Source: Minisyncoccota bacterium
GTDB taxonomy: Bacteria; Patescibacteriota; JACMRA01
NCBI GenBank assembly: GCA_043772945.1
Contig: JAYVFR010000021.1
Span: 5,900-69,899, forward strand
DNA: 64,000 nt
Direction of reading: 5' to 3'
The notes under the pieces are model-generated. The model made no database searches. It worked only from the letters and a program-made list of their open reading frames with translations, and was not told the DNA's origin. Of the stretch, positions 39,826-49,047 are shown one piece after another; position 1 is the first letter of the stretch; every line of letters starts with the position of its first letter. A program made the position numbers and the translations under genes.

Positions 39826-40662
39826 ATGGTACTTGATATTAATCAAGTCCTTTTGAGTATTTTAGTTATTGACAAATATCTTGAAATTGCAGATTTTGAT
39901 ATTATTATGAATAATACTTTAGAACATTTTAAAGATGATAATTTAACTTGGAACAAGAGAGTTTTCCCGACTAAGCTTAGTGAGGAAGAAAATGTTATTT
40001 TAGTGGTCAGACAAGATGTAATAATTTTATTTTTTCAAGGTTTCAAATACTTATTAGCTTTTTTATTTATTTTAATTTTTAAAATAGCTCTAAATATTTT
40101 TCAAGACACTTCTTTAATTATTTCACTGGTTGACTTAACTTTTTACACAGTTAGCGTAATTATGCTTGCATTATTTAGTTATGAATTTCATAATTACTAT
40201 TTATCCCTTCAAATAGTTACAAACCGTAGATTAATTGATGTGGATCAGGCTGGATTATTTCATAGGGTGGTAAATGAATTGCCGATAGAAAAAATTGAAG
40301 ATGTAACTTATACTCAATCTGGAATTTTACCATCGGTTTTTCATTATGGTACGGTTAAGATTCTATCTGCTGCTGATAATCATTCTGCTGAGGCAGGCGG
40401 TAAGGTTGCTACTGAGTCAGTAGCGGGTGGGGATCAAGGTTTTGTTTTTGAAAATGTTCCGTATCCAGCTGAGATACAAGCTGTGATTAATACTCTTTTT
40501 CATCAATCTAAAGTAATAGAAAGACATCAAAACGCTTTTATCAACGCTCAATATATGAATCAAATGATGACAAGCAGAGATAACGCTCAAAACAGTAATC
40601 AAGTTAATACAGGGGCTATTGCACAAAATCAAAACTTGGGTAATAATAAGGCTAACTTTTAA
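39826..40662 (+). CDS. membrane protein with a bacterial PH (bPH_2/YdbT-like) domain
   Basis: Two TM helices, then NRRLIDVDQAGLFHRVVNELPIEKIEDVTYTQSGILPSVFHYGTVKI, typical of bPH_2. Q/N-rich tail. Confidence 0.6.
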   Translation: MVLDINQVLLSILVIDKYLEIADFDIIMNNTLEHFKDDNLTWNKRVFPTKLSEEENVILVVRQDVIILFFQGFKYLLAFLFILIFKIALNIFQDTSLIISLVDLTFYTVSVIMLALFSYEFHNYYLSLQIVTNRRLIDVDQAGLFHRVVNELPIEKIEDVTYTQSGILPSVFHYGTVKILSAADNHSAEAGGKVATESVAGGDQGFVFENVPYPAEIQAVINTLFHQSKVIERHQNAFINAQYMNQMMTSRDNAQNSNQVNTGAIAQNQNLGNNKANF

Positions 40663-40686
40663 AAACAAACTTTTAAACAACTTCAA

Positions 40687-40983
40687 ATGAACTCTAAACC
40701 TACAAATGGAGTAATTCAAAAAGCTACTCACAACAAAGAATTTTTAAAGAGTGGCTTTCGAATGTACGTTTCTAGTATTAGAATTTCAATTTCTTTAGAT
40801 TCTCGCTGGGTGCTTGATACTGTTTGTGTTCCTGATACAACCAATCCTGCCAATATTGGTCCTAACAACACTATTAGCGATCAAGCTTATAATTATGTTC
40901 AAAATTATCTATGGAATTTTCAAGTTGAATTAAACAAAAATAAACAAGAATGGCTGGCTCAGGCTCGTATAATGAATAAATAA
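40687..40983 (+). CDS. hypothetical small protein
   Basis: 98-aa ORF tightly packed between the bPH gene and the ATPase gene. Confidence 0.4.
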   Translation: MNSKPTNGVIQKATHNKEFLKSGFRMYVSSIRISISLDSRWVLDTVCVPDTTNPANIGPNNTISDQAYNYVQNYLWNFQVELNKNKQEWLAQARIMNK

Positions 40984-41004
40984 ATTAAAATTAATCAAAA
41001 ATCT

Positions 41005-42465
41005 ATGCTTACTAATCCAAATGATTACATTGGTTATATTGCCCAAACTGAATTGGATGGGGTTACTAAAACTTTTGGGCTTACAGCTGATGACAGAAGA
41101 CGCCATGTTTATATGCTTGGTAAAAGCGGTATGGGTAAAAGTACTTTGCTTGAAAATATGGTTTTACAAGATATTTATGCAGGTCATGGGGTTTGCTTTA
41201 TTGATCCTCTTGGGGACAGCGCAAATAGTATCCTTGATAGAATTCCAAATTATCGTTTGAAAGATGTAGTTTACTTTAATCCTGGTGATCATGACCATCC
41301 AATAGGAATGAATCTACTTGAGGTTAAGGATGGAGAAAATGTTAATTTAATGGCTTCAGAAATTATGTCTGTTATGGGTAGATTATGGGAGGGTATGTGG
41401 AGTGCTCGTATGGAATATATTCTTAGTAACACAATTTTAGGCTTGATGGACATGAGGGGGCAGAGTATGCTTGGAATTTTAAAAGTGTTTAACAATAATG
41501 ATTTTATGAAGGAGATGACTAGCACTATTAATAATATTGTTGTGAGAGAGTTTTGGACACGAGAATATGTTCAATTCCCACCAAATTATAGGGCGGAGGC
41601 AGTTGCTAGTATCCAGAACAAGATCGGGCAATTATTTGCAAATGATATTCTTTGTAATATATTGGGCCCTGTTGAAAGCACAATTAATTTCAGTGATATT
41701 ATGAATAACCGAAAAATTTTTATTTGTAATTTAGCTAAAGGGCGAATTGGCGAAGGGAATTGTAATCTCTTAGGTTCTTTGATTGTTTCCAAGCTTCAAT
41801 TAACTGCTATGGCTAGGGTTGATATTCCAGAAGAGGAGAGGGCAGATTTCTTTTTCTATATTGATGAATTCCAAAATTTCATTAACAAAAGTTTTATCAC
41901 AATTCTCTCAGAGGCCCGTAAATACCGACTCAATTTAACTGTTGCACATCAATATTTAGGGCAAATTGGCGGAGAAGAGGCAGAGGCTATTCAACAAGCT
42001 ATTTTTGGTAATGTAGGAACAATTATTAGCTTTTCGCTTGGCCAGAGCGATGCTGAGGTGATTGGTAAGGAGCTTGAATTTGAAGAAGAGAATTATAAAT
42101 ATTTTAAAGATCTTGAAAAAGGTCAGATAATTATAAAACCTACTATCAGAGCTAAGACTTTGACGGCTTTTTATGCCACTACACTTCCGCCACTTTACCA
42201 GGAATTTAGAGGCAATTTAGCTAAATCTATAGAAGTTTCTCGTAGCCTTTATTCTAAACCTTCTAAAGAGGTTGGGGATGCGATTATGCGTTATTATGGA
42301 GTTAATCCCCCAGGTATTTCATCTGCGACTCCAGATAAAAAAAAGAGAGTTCGTAAACCGAATGAAGAAAGTGATAATACTTATCAAAATAATAATTCTA
42401 GCAATGTTGGTAATAAAGGAGGTAATAGTTATGTAAAAAAAGCTCCTACATCAATTTCAAATTAA
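41005..42465 (+). CDS. soluble P-loop ATPase of the type IV coupling protein (VirD4/TraD/TraG) / HerA-FtsK superfamily
   Basis: HVYMLGKSGMGKSTLLENM (Walker A), FFFYIDEFQNF (Walker B) and ARKYRLNLTVAHQYLGQI...FGNVGTIISF (TraG-D_C-like). There is no N-terminal TM segment. Confidence 0.75.
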   Translation: MLTNPNDYIGYIAQTELDGVTKTFGLTADDRRRHVYMLGKSGMGKSTLLENMVLQDIYAGHGVCFIDPLGDSANSILDRIPNYRLKDVVYFNPGDHDHPIGMNLLEVKDGENVNLMASEIMSVMGRLWEGMWSARMEYILSNTILGLMDMRGQSMLGILKVFNNNDFMKEMTSTINNIVVREFWTREYVQFPPNYRAEAVASIQNKIGQLFANDILCNILGPVESTINFSDIMNNRKIFICNLAKGRIGEGNCNLLGSLIVSKLQLTAMARVDIPEEERADFFFYIDEFQNFINKSFITILSEARKYRLNLTVAHQYLGQIGGEEAEAIQQAIFGNVGTIISFSLGQSDAEVIGKELEFEEENYKYFKDLEKGQIIIKPTIRAKTLTAFYATTLPPLYQEFRGNLAKSIEVSRSLYSKPSKEVGDAIMRYYGVNPPGISSATPDKKKRVRKPNEESDNTYQNNNSSNVGNKGGNSYVKKAPTSISN

Positions 42466-42490
42466 TTAACAATTAACCTGATTGCGTGAC

Positions 42491-42886
42491 ATGAAAAATA
42501 AACTTAAAGAAAAATTAGTTGAAGCAAGCCTTGATCAATTACTTGATATAATAGATTCATTATGTGCAAAAAATAAAACCTTAGAAGGGGAGATTGAGTT
42601 TATTCTGAGTCCAAAAAAAATAAACCAGCCGCAGAGTTATTATAATCGCTATGTAAAGCAGTCAATTGACACAAATTCTTGGTCTAAATTTCCTAATAAG
42701 GGTGTGCTTGGTCTAAATAAATGCTTAGATAGGCTCAGAACTTTTGAAATTGTTGGGAATAGGCTAGAAGCTCAAAAGGTTGCTAAGGCAATTTTTATAA
42801 TTACAAGCAAATGCAAAAGTAAATACAATGTCCAAAATGCTGAGGGATTATCAGAAATTAATCAAACAATTTTTAAATATTTGTAA
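42491..42886 (+). CDS. hypothetical helical protein
   Basis: ORF 25 nt downstream of the ATPase. ATG 42491 lies within the TTG-started track ORF. Confidence 0.45.
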   Translation: MKNKLKEKLVEASLDQLLDIIDSLCAKNKTLEGEIEFILSPKKINQPQSYYNRYVKQSIDTNSWSKFPNKGVLGLNKCLDRLRTFEIVGNRLEAQKVAKAIFIITSKCKSKYNVQNAEGLSEINQTIFKYL

Positions 42887-42909
42887 GAGTTAGGAAAACC
42901 AAAGGAAAA

Positions 42910-44274
42910 TTAATACTCCTGACTATCGATACTTTTTAAAGGAACTATTTTAGAAATTTCATTTCGAATCTCAAGAGTTGCTGTGTAAGTACTGCAAATA
43001 ATCCAATCTACTGTATCTGGATTTGAGTTTAGAATATAGTTTAATAAATCACTCGAGTTACTTTGATAATTATCTTGAATAGTTAAATTTTTAAATCCTG
43101 TAATCTCAAGTCTCAAAAGCATGTCAAGACCGCGGGAGCCTGAGGTTACGAATTTTTCAAAATTAGTTTGCAAACCAAGATAATACTTCTCAAAATTTAC
43201 GTCCCAAAGCCAAGAGACATCTTTTCCGTCAGCAACATTATCGTTAATACTAAAAACTAAACCAATCTTTTTGCTTTTCTGATTAGTCTCATTGTTTGTT
43301 TGATTAATCGTTTGTAGTATTTGATCAAAACCAGCTGGGTTTTTAACTAAGAATAATGTAATTTTTTTATTTTGGATATTAATAATTTCACCTCGCCCAA
43401 AAATAGCTCCGAATTTAGGTAAGCTTTCTTGAATTTGCTCAGCTGATAGTATATCTTTAACTGCTAGAATTGAACTCCAAGCGTTATATAAATTATAGGC
43501 ACCTGATAAGTTTAAAGTAGTTTCAGGAAGTAAATATTTTTTATCAGTAGATTCAAAAACTTGATTAGCAAAATCACTAGATAAACATCTAGCTTTAATA
43601 ATTCTATGATCATCAATTTCTGAAATTTCATCTGGACTCTCGTACTGAATTTGATTATCAGAATCAATTCCAAAGTACTTAATTAGGTTAGAGTAGTTTT
43701 TTTGGTTTAAAAAATTGGTAAGCTTAGTATCATCACCATTAACTAAAATTTCTAGATCTGAATTATGGGTTAAGCTGTTATTGATTGCAGTGTGAAAATA
43801 TTCTAGGGTTTGATTAATCTCGCCATACGCATCCATCTGATCCCGAAAAATATTAGTTAGAATAATTTGATTAGGAGTTAGATATTTTGTTAAAATTGGC
43901 ATTGTAGCCTCCTCTACTTCTAGAACTAAATAATTATTTTTAGGTTGGTTATTAAAATCTAGATTAGAAAGTAGTGTACTAACTATTCCACGCAAAATAT
44001 TGGCACCCCCTTGATTAGTGCAAACTTTGTAGCCATTGTTTTTGAGTAAATGGCAAATAATTCCCCTGGTTGTAGTTTTCCCATTTGTGCCTGTAATTAA
44101 AATAATATGTTTATAATTTTTGGCTAGGAGTTTAACTAATTCGGGGCAGTTTTTTTCTACTATTAATCCTGGGAAGCTAGTACCGTTACCTTTTTTAGTA
44201 GTTTTGCTCAGATTTTTTAGTCCAATTCCAAGATATTTAAAAAAATTAACCTGAATAGAATCAAAAAGTGGCAT
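42910..44274 (-). CDS. murT: Mur ligase family protein, MurT-like (lipid II isoglutaminyl synthase subunit)
   Basis: ILITGTNGKTTTRGIICHLL...NQGGANILRGI plus a C-terminal DUF1727-like region (DGKDVSWLWDVNFE). No gatD-like gene is adjacent. Confidence 0.75.
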   Translation of the reverse strand: MPLFDSIQVNFFKYLGIGLKNLSKTTKKGNGTSFPGLIVEKNCPELVKLLAKNYKHIILITGTNGKTTTRGIICHLLKNNGYKVCTNQGGANILRGIVSTLLSNLDFNNQPKNNYLVLEVEEATMPILTKYLTPNQIILTNIFRDQMDAYGEINQTLEYFHTAINNSLTHNSDLEILVNGDDTKLTNFLNQKNYSNLIKYFGIDSDNQIQYESPDEISEIDDHRIIKARCLSSDFANQVFESTDKKYLLPETTLNLSGAYNLYNAWSSILAVKDILSAEQIQESLPKFGAIFGRGEIINIQNKKITLFLVKNPAGFDQILQTINQTNNETNQKSKKIGLVFSINDNVADGKDVSWLWDVNFEKYYLGLQTNFEKFVTSGSRGLDMLLRLEITGFKNLTIQDNYQSNSSDLLNYILNSNPDTVDWIICSTYTATLEIRNEISKIVPLKSIDSQEY

Positions 44275-44316
44275 TTTAAAAGTTTTTGTTTTTAAAAAGT
44301 GAAATTAATTTGCTAA

Positions 44317-44392
44317 TGGTGTAATCGGCAGGAATTGAACCTGCGACCTTTCGGACCGCAACCGAACGCTCTATCCCCTGAGCTACGACTAC
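44317..44392 (-). tRNA. tRNA-Arg (anticodon GCG), CCA end encoded
   Basis: Manual cloverleaf: acceptor GTAGTCG/CGATTAC with one G-U, D arm GCTC-AGGGGATA-GAGC, anticodon arm TTCGG-TTGCGGT-CCGAA, variable AGGTC, T arm GCAGG-TTCAATT-CCTGC, discriminator A, then CCA. Confidence 0.9.
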
Positions 44393-44467
44393 ATTAAGTA
44401 ACAAACAAATCTGTAACAAAAACTCTCCTTTTGTCAATAATTTACCTAAGCCCGTTTAATATTTTTT

Positions 44468-44652
44468 TTGTTGCAGGTACAGTTGTAACTTTTTCATTGC
44501 TTTTTGTGTCTTTTAATCTTATGAAAGTAAGTTTCTTGTCTGGTAAGGATCAACCTCCTAGTGATGGTGATACAGCCTAATTTTTCGACACTATTAGGCA
44601 TAAACCCTCGCTTTACGCGCTAGCTTTTTTAATGGAGCTAGCCGTTTTTTTT
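44468..44652 (+). ncRNA. candidate small transcript of about 185 nt (promoter to terminator, no convincing ORF)
   Basis: TTGTCA (44431-44436), 18 nt, TTTAAT (44455-44460). Internal hairpin GCCTAAT...ATTAGGC. Terminal hairpin GCTAGCT-N10-AGCTAGC plus T8 (44619-44652). The only ORF is 19 codons and has no SD. Confidence 0.25.
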
Positions 44653-44728
44653 AAATAAATTAGATTTTATTATTTAATAATTTACTTAATAAAGTAAGAG
44701 GCTACGTATTTATCATTTTTTAAGGCAC

Positions 44729-44920
44729 CTACTTTTTTACAATTTTATCACGTAAATTTAAGCTCTCAGCAGGATCAATTTCATAGACATAACCTGCATT
44801 CTTAGCAAGGCCGTTAATTGGCAAAAGGGTAAGGGAGTATACTGCAAATATCAGCAAAAGGGTAAGGGAGTATACTGAAACTATTAAAACTGCCAGCTGT
44901 AATTTTTTGTGTGGTTTCAT
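44729..44920 (-). CDS. hypothetical small membrane protein containing an in-frame 33-bp tandem duplication
   Basis: 63-aa ORF. VYSLTLL(L/P)I occurs twice because of the DNA repeat at 44821-44877. Confidence 0.35.
   Translation of the reverse strand: MKPHKKLQLAVLIVSVYSLTLLLIFAVYSLTLLPINGLAKNAGYVYEIDPAESLNLRDKIVKK
44821..44877. repeat. tandem duplication: exact 24-mer GCAAAAGGGTAAGGGAGTATACTG x2, 33-bp period
   Basis: 44821-44844 and 44854-44877 are identical. Confidence 0.9.
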
Positions 44921-45015
44921 ATTATTTTTTTGTTTTTGTATTATTTTGGTTTTAAGAAAGTTTAACTTAAATCTTTTATTTTGACAAAACCATCTATCAG
45001 GCTTAAGTTCTTTTT

Positions 45016-45948
45016 ATGTTTCTTAATCGAGTTTCTGATTTTTTGATGATATTTCTAGGACTTTTAGTTGAATCTTTGCCTTTTGTAGTTTTGGGAGTTT
45101 TTATTAGTAGTTTAATTGCTGTTTTTGTTAAACCTGAGTTTATTTTAAAGTTTAAAAGCAAAAATGTAATTATTAGCCACATTCAATCAATGTTTATCGG
45201 GATTTTGCTTCCTGTTTGTGAATGCGGAAACATTCCTCTTGCAAAGCGTCTAATACTAATAGGGTTCAAACCTTCGGAGGTTATTACTTTTATGTTGGCA
45301 GCTCCTATTCTAAACCCGCTTGTTTTGATTTCTACATTGGAAGCTTTTAATATTGATAAGAATATTGCATTTATCAGAATTATTAGTGGTGGTCTCATCG
45401 CTCTCTTGGTTGGTTTAATTTTTAGTTTTAATAACAAGGAACTATCGGCTAACAGCACACTAGTTGCCAAGCCCAGTTTTAGTTTTAGTAGTCCTGTAAA
45501 TCAAGTTTCTAATGTATCTAATCCAGCTATAAATTTTGTTCATATTAATTTTTTTGAGAATTTTAGAAATGAATTCTTTAGTGTTTTTAAAGTGCTTGCT
45601 CTAGGGTGTGTGCTTGCTTCAAGTTTTCAGATATTTATTCCACGGGATTGGATTAGTTTGTTTGCAACTGAACCGCTTCTCTCAGTTCTTAGTATGATAT
45701 TTTTGGCTTTCTTAATATCTATTTGCTCGTCTGTTGATGCTTTTTTTGCTCTTTCGTTATCTTCAACTTTTAATTTAGGTTCAATTATGGGCTTTTTAGT
45801 TTTTGGTCCGATGATTGATATTAAGACTCTTTTTATGCTTCGCACAATTTATAAACCGCTCACATTAATGCGATTAGTTGTTCTAGTAATGTTACTTTGC
45901 ACACTGCTTGGGCTCGGAGTTAATTATTTTTACAAAAATTACTATTAA
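45016..45948 (+). CDS. permease of the DUF318/ArsP_1 (YraQ-like) family
   Basis: LPVCECGNIPLAKRL motif and two repeated hydrophobic halves. Confidence 0.7.
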   Translation: MFLNRVSDFLMIFLGLLVESLPFVVLGVFISSLIAVFVKPEFILKFKSKNVIISHIQSMFIGILLPVCECGNIPLAKRLILIGFKPSEVITFMLAAPILNPLVLISTLEAFNIDKNIAFIRIISGGLIALLVGLIFSFNNKELSANSTLVAKPSFSFSSPVNQVSNVSNPAINFVHINFFENFRNEFFSVFKVLALGCVLASSFQIFIPRDWISLFATEPLLSVLSMIFLAFLISICSSVDAFFALSLSSTFNLGSIMGFLVFGPMIDIKTLFMLRTIYKPLTLMRLVVLVMLLCTLLGLGVNYFYKNYY

Positions 45949-45963
45949 AATCACTTTTAAAAT

Positions 45964-46731
45964 ATGAACAAAAACATACCAAAATTTCTCAATTATCTGA
46001 CTCTTATCAGTCTAGGTATTTATGTAAGTTACCTTTATCTGATAGAAAAAATAACATTATTAATTCATCCACGATATTTTTGGCTTGTCTTATTGACTGG
46101 GGTTGTTACTGCTTTAATTGGAATAGTTGGAATAATACAGCTTAGTATAGAATTTTTTAAAACTAGACAAACAAATCAAATTAGCTCGATAGAAGCCGTA
46201 AATTGGAAAACTCTTTTTGTTCCAGTTTTGTTATTAACTTCAACTATCGGAGCTTTTTTTATCCCTATTACTTCGCTTTCAATTTTTTCCTATAATATTC
46301 GCCAAGTTAAAAGCGAGCTTAGATTAAATGATTACGAAAAGAAAACTTTAGAACAAAAATTTAATATCACTCTAAATACTCGTAACTTCACAATTGAAGA
46401 TTGGGTGAAAGCAAGGACTTTAAATAATCTGAAATTATTTGAAAATAAAGAGTTTTTTGGGACGGGATTTGTAGCCGCTAAAAACAATAAAACTTTCAAT
46501 CTCTCTCGTTTTGTCATTAGTTGCTGCGTGGTAGATGCAACTCCAGTGGGTTTGTTAGTTGACACAACCAATCAAATTGAAAATCAAAGTGAGTTTGCAG
46601 ATGGTCAGTGGCTTGAAGTAACGGGTAAATTTGAGATTCGTTTAGTCAACAATGAGTCAACTCCTGTAATAATTCCAAAAACACTCAAAAAAATAGAAGC
46701 ACCTAAAGACACTTATATCAACCGCAATTAA
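45964..46731 (+). CDS. TIGR03943/DUF1980 family membrane protein (usual partner of the preceding permease)
   Basis: N-terminal TM helices and the characteristic FVISCCVVDATPVGLLV (CCxxD) motif. Lies 15 nt downstream of the permease. Confidence 0.7.
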   Translation: MNKNIPKFLNYLTLISLGIYVSYLYLIEKITLLIHPRYFWLVLLTGVVTALIGIVGIIQLSIEFFKTRQTNQISSIEAVNWKTLFVPVLLLTSTIGAFFIPITSLSIFSYNIRQVKSELRLNDYEKKTLEQKFNITLNTRNFTIEDWVKARTLNNLKLFENKEFFGTGFVAAKNNKTFNLSRFVISCCVVDATPVGLLVDTTNQIENQSEFADGQWLEVTGKFEIRLVNNESTPVIIPKTLKKIEAPKDTYINRN

Positions 46732-46764
46732 TTAATCCTAGTTAATCATCAAAAAATTTAAAAT

Positions 46765-47856
46765 ATGTTAATTCAAGAAAAATATGTTAGCTTCAATGTT
46801 ATTATTTCAGGAGTTTGCCTTACTCTAATTACTCTAATAGCTGGTTTGTATTATTTACTCTACACTGATAAACCAATAAAAGATTATTCTACAATTTATT
46901 ATCTTCAAAAAAATTACGAAGGGACAAAAGACCGAATCCAAAAGACAACTAAAAACGGCAATCAAATAGAAACAATATACACTAGTGATACGATTCAAAA
47001 TTTCACTATTAATGATAGGTATTTGCTTGTAACCGAAGGAGTAGAAGAAAGTCTTTCTAGTGGAATTCTAATTAGTAGAACAAATTATGATGATAAAACT
47101 AGAGTGAATTTAAACAGCAATTATGCAAGTTATTTAATCCCAAATCAAGATAAATTCTTGCTTTCGCTTGAAGGAATAAATGAATTCAATAATTTAAGGA
47201 ATTACACGGGTCTTCTCTACGAATTAGCAATTGATGGTAAATTGACTCAAATTAATCCGAATAATCTGGTCCAAAATATCAGTGTTCCAATTTATAATTT
47301 ATCTAGAAGTCTAGTCTCATTTGTAGGTTTTGATAATCGTCGTTACCTTCTGAACACTCGAGACTACACTCAAATTAGTCGAATAGAGACTTTTTACGCC
47401 TTTTACTCTAATTTTGTAAGCGATACGGTCGTTTTAGTTGGTAAATACAATTTCAAAGATAAACTTACCGCCCTAGACTTAGTAACACTTCAATCAACGG
47501 ATTACCAAATGCCAGATACTAAGGATGAGCTTTACACTTATATGGATGCTGTCAGAATTGATAAACCAGAAACTCTTTTTTATACCCGTAAGAAACAAAT
47601 AGGAAATAGCTCTGAGGGAGAGGTTAGGAGTCTCGATGGTAAGTATGAAATTATTATCAAAGATTATTCACTAGAAAAGTTAAAAGTTTCTCGTGATGGC
47701 AGGACATTATTTATTGAAGGGTATCCTAAACTAGAAAACCAGAAAAAAAACAAGGATTATACTTACAAAGCCAAACCAACAGAATTTATTTATGATATAA
47801 GTTCAAAGAGAATTGTTGATAAGATAGAAAGTGTAACAAACCTAATTATTCCTTAA
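46765..47856 (+). CDS. hypothetical membrane-anchored protein
   Basis: 363-aa ORF with an N-terminal TM helix and a beta-rich remainder. Confidence 0.5.
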   Translation: MLIQEKYVSFNVIISGVCLTLITLIAGLYYLLYTDKPIKDYSTIYYLQKNYEGTKDRIQKTTKNGNQIETIYTSDTIQNFTINDRYLLVTEGVEESLSSGILISRTNYDDKTRVNLNSNYASYLIPNQDKFLLSLEGINEFNNLRNYTGLLYELAIDGKLTQINPNNLVQNISVPIYNLSRSLVSFVGFDNRRYLLNTRDYTQISRIETFYAFYSNFVSDTVVLVGKYNFKDKLTALDLVTLQSTDYQMPDTKDELYTYMDAVRIDKPETLFYTRKKQIGNSSEGEVRSLDGKYEIIIKDYSLEKLKVSRDGRTLFIEGYPKLENQKKNKDYTYKAKPTEFIYDISSKRIVDKIESVTNLIIP

Positions 47857-47871
47857 AGGCTAGAGGAGGTA

Positions 47872-48827
47872 ATGTTGGACAAACTTTCCATTCAAATCTC
47901 ACATTTATTGATCTGTTCGCTGGTATTGGTGGTTTTCATCTTGGATTGCATAATCTAGGATGAAATGTGTTTTTGCAAGTGAAATTGACAAACATGCTCG
48001 AAATACCTACCAAACTAACTTTTCTAGCATTAGCCCAGAGCTTTTTGATAATAACAACAAATTATTCAATGAAGATATCACAACGATAGACCCAAAAGAA
48101 ATTCCAGACTTTGACATTTTGTGTGGGAGGGTTTTCATGTCAGCCCTTTAGTAACGCTAGTTTTAAGAAAGGTTTTGAAGATACTAGAGGAACTTTGTTT
48201 TTCAATATTGCTGAAATAATAAGAGTAAAACAACCAAAAGCATTTTTTTTGGAGAATATAAGAGGATTACTTAACCACGACGACGGCAAAACTTTTGAGA
48301 CAATTCGTAGAGTGATTGAAGATGACCTTGGGTACTCATTTTATTACAAAATTGTCCATGCGAGTGATTACGGTATGCCACAATTCAGACCTAGAGTATG
48401 TATTGTAGGTTTTAAAAATCATAGATTAAGCTTTGAATTTCTTAGTAAAACTCCACTTCAGTTCACAATGTCAGATGTATTTGGTGGAAAATGTAATAAA
48501 GAAATTGGTTTTACTCTCCGCTGTGGTGGGCGAGGTTCTAAAATCACTGATCGTCGAAACTGGGACAACTACCTTGTTAATGGTATAACTAGACAATTAA
48601 TGCCAAAAGAAGGCAAGAAAATGCAAGGATTTCCTGATAATTTTATACTACCAAATTCAGTTACTCAAGCAATGAAACAACTAGGTAATAGCGTTGCTGT
48701 TCCAGCGATTCAAGCCGTTGTTAAAGAAATTCAAACTGTACTACAGCGAGATCCAAGTAAGTACACAGAACAGGAATTTGAACAATTTTTACAAGTTAAG
48801 CAAGTCTCATTATTCCAATTTGCATGA
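47872..48827 (+). pseudogene. C5-cytosine DNA methyltransferase, M.HpaII-like, inactivated by several frameshifts and one in-frame TGA
   Basis: GAGGAGG SD just before ATG 47872. Motif I TFIDLFAGIGGF is in one frame. At 47956-47962 CTA GGA TGA AA TGT sits where M.HpaII-type enzymes read LGGKC. KCVFASEIDKHARNTY is in a second frame. DFDILCG then has one extra base before GFSCQPFS (expected PCQ). ENI and QLGNSVAVPAIQ are intact downstream. Confidence 0.85.
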
Positions 48828-48895
48828 CACAAAAACCACAAACTAAAATAATTTTAAAAGCGAACAAAGGTGAGTGGTCACAAATTCCATTCTAA
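48824..48895 (+). pseudogene. remnant of the cognate restriction endonuclease (HpaII-like N-terminus)
   Basis: The ATG overlaps the methylase TGA (ATGA). MTQKPQTKIILKANKGEWSQIPF* contains the NKGEWS start I associate with the RE_HpaII family. Only 23 codons remain. Confidence 0.4.
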
Positions 48896-49047
48896 TTTTA
48901 TCAAGGAATTGCTTGATATTTACGAAGCAACTCGAGACTTTAGAAAGGTGATGGCTGGTAAAAAGTAACGATTTAAAAAGAAAATCTTTGACATAATTCA
49001 CTATTGAGTTTATGAATGGGCTAGTTACTAAATAACTACTAAGCTAT

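Noticed and set aside
47956-47961. In-frame TGA at a conserved Gly of the methylase as evidence for a UGA=Gly (code 25) or UGA=Trp genetic code
   Set aside because: Very long ORFs (996, 849 and 697 aa) are intact under the standard code, and TGA is used as a genuine stop (48825, 49999, 5701). The same gene also has frameshifts, so a GGA-to-TGA nonsense mutation in a pseudogene is the simpler explanation. Origin of the gene from a code-25 donor cannot be excluded, but it is unsupported.
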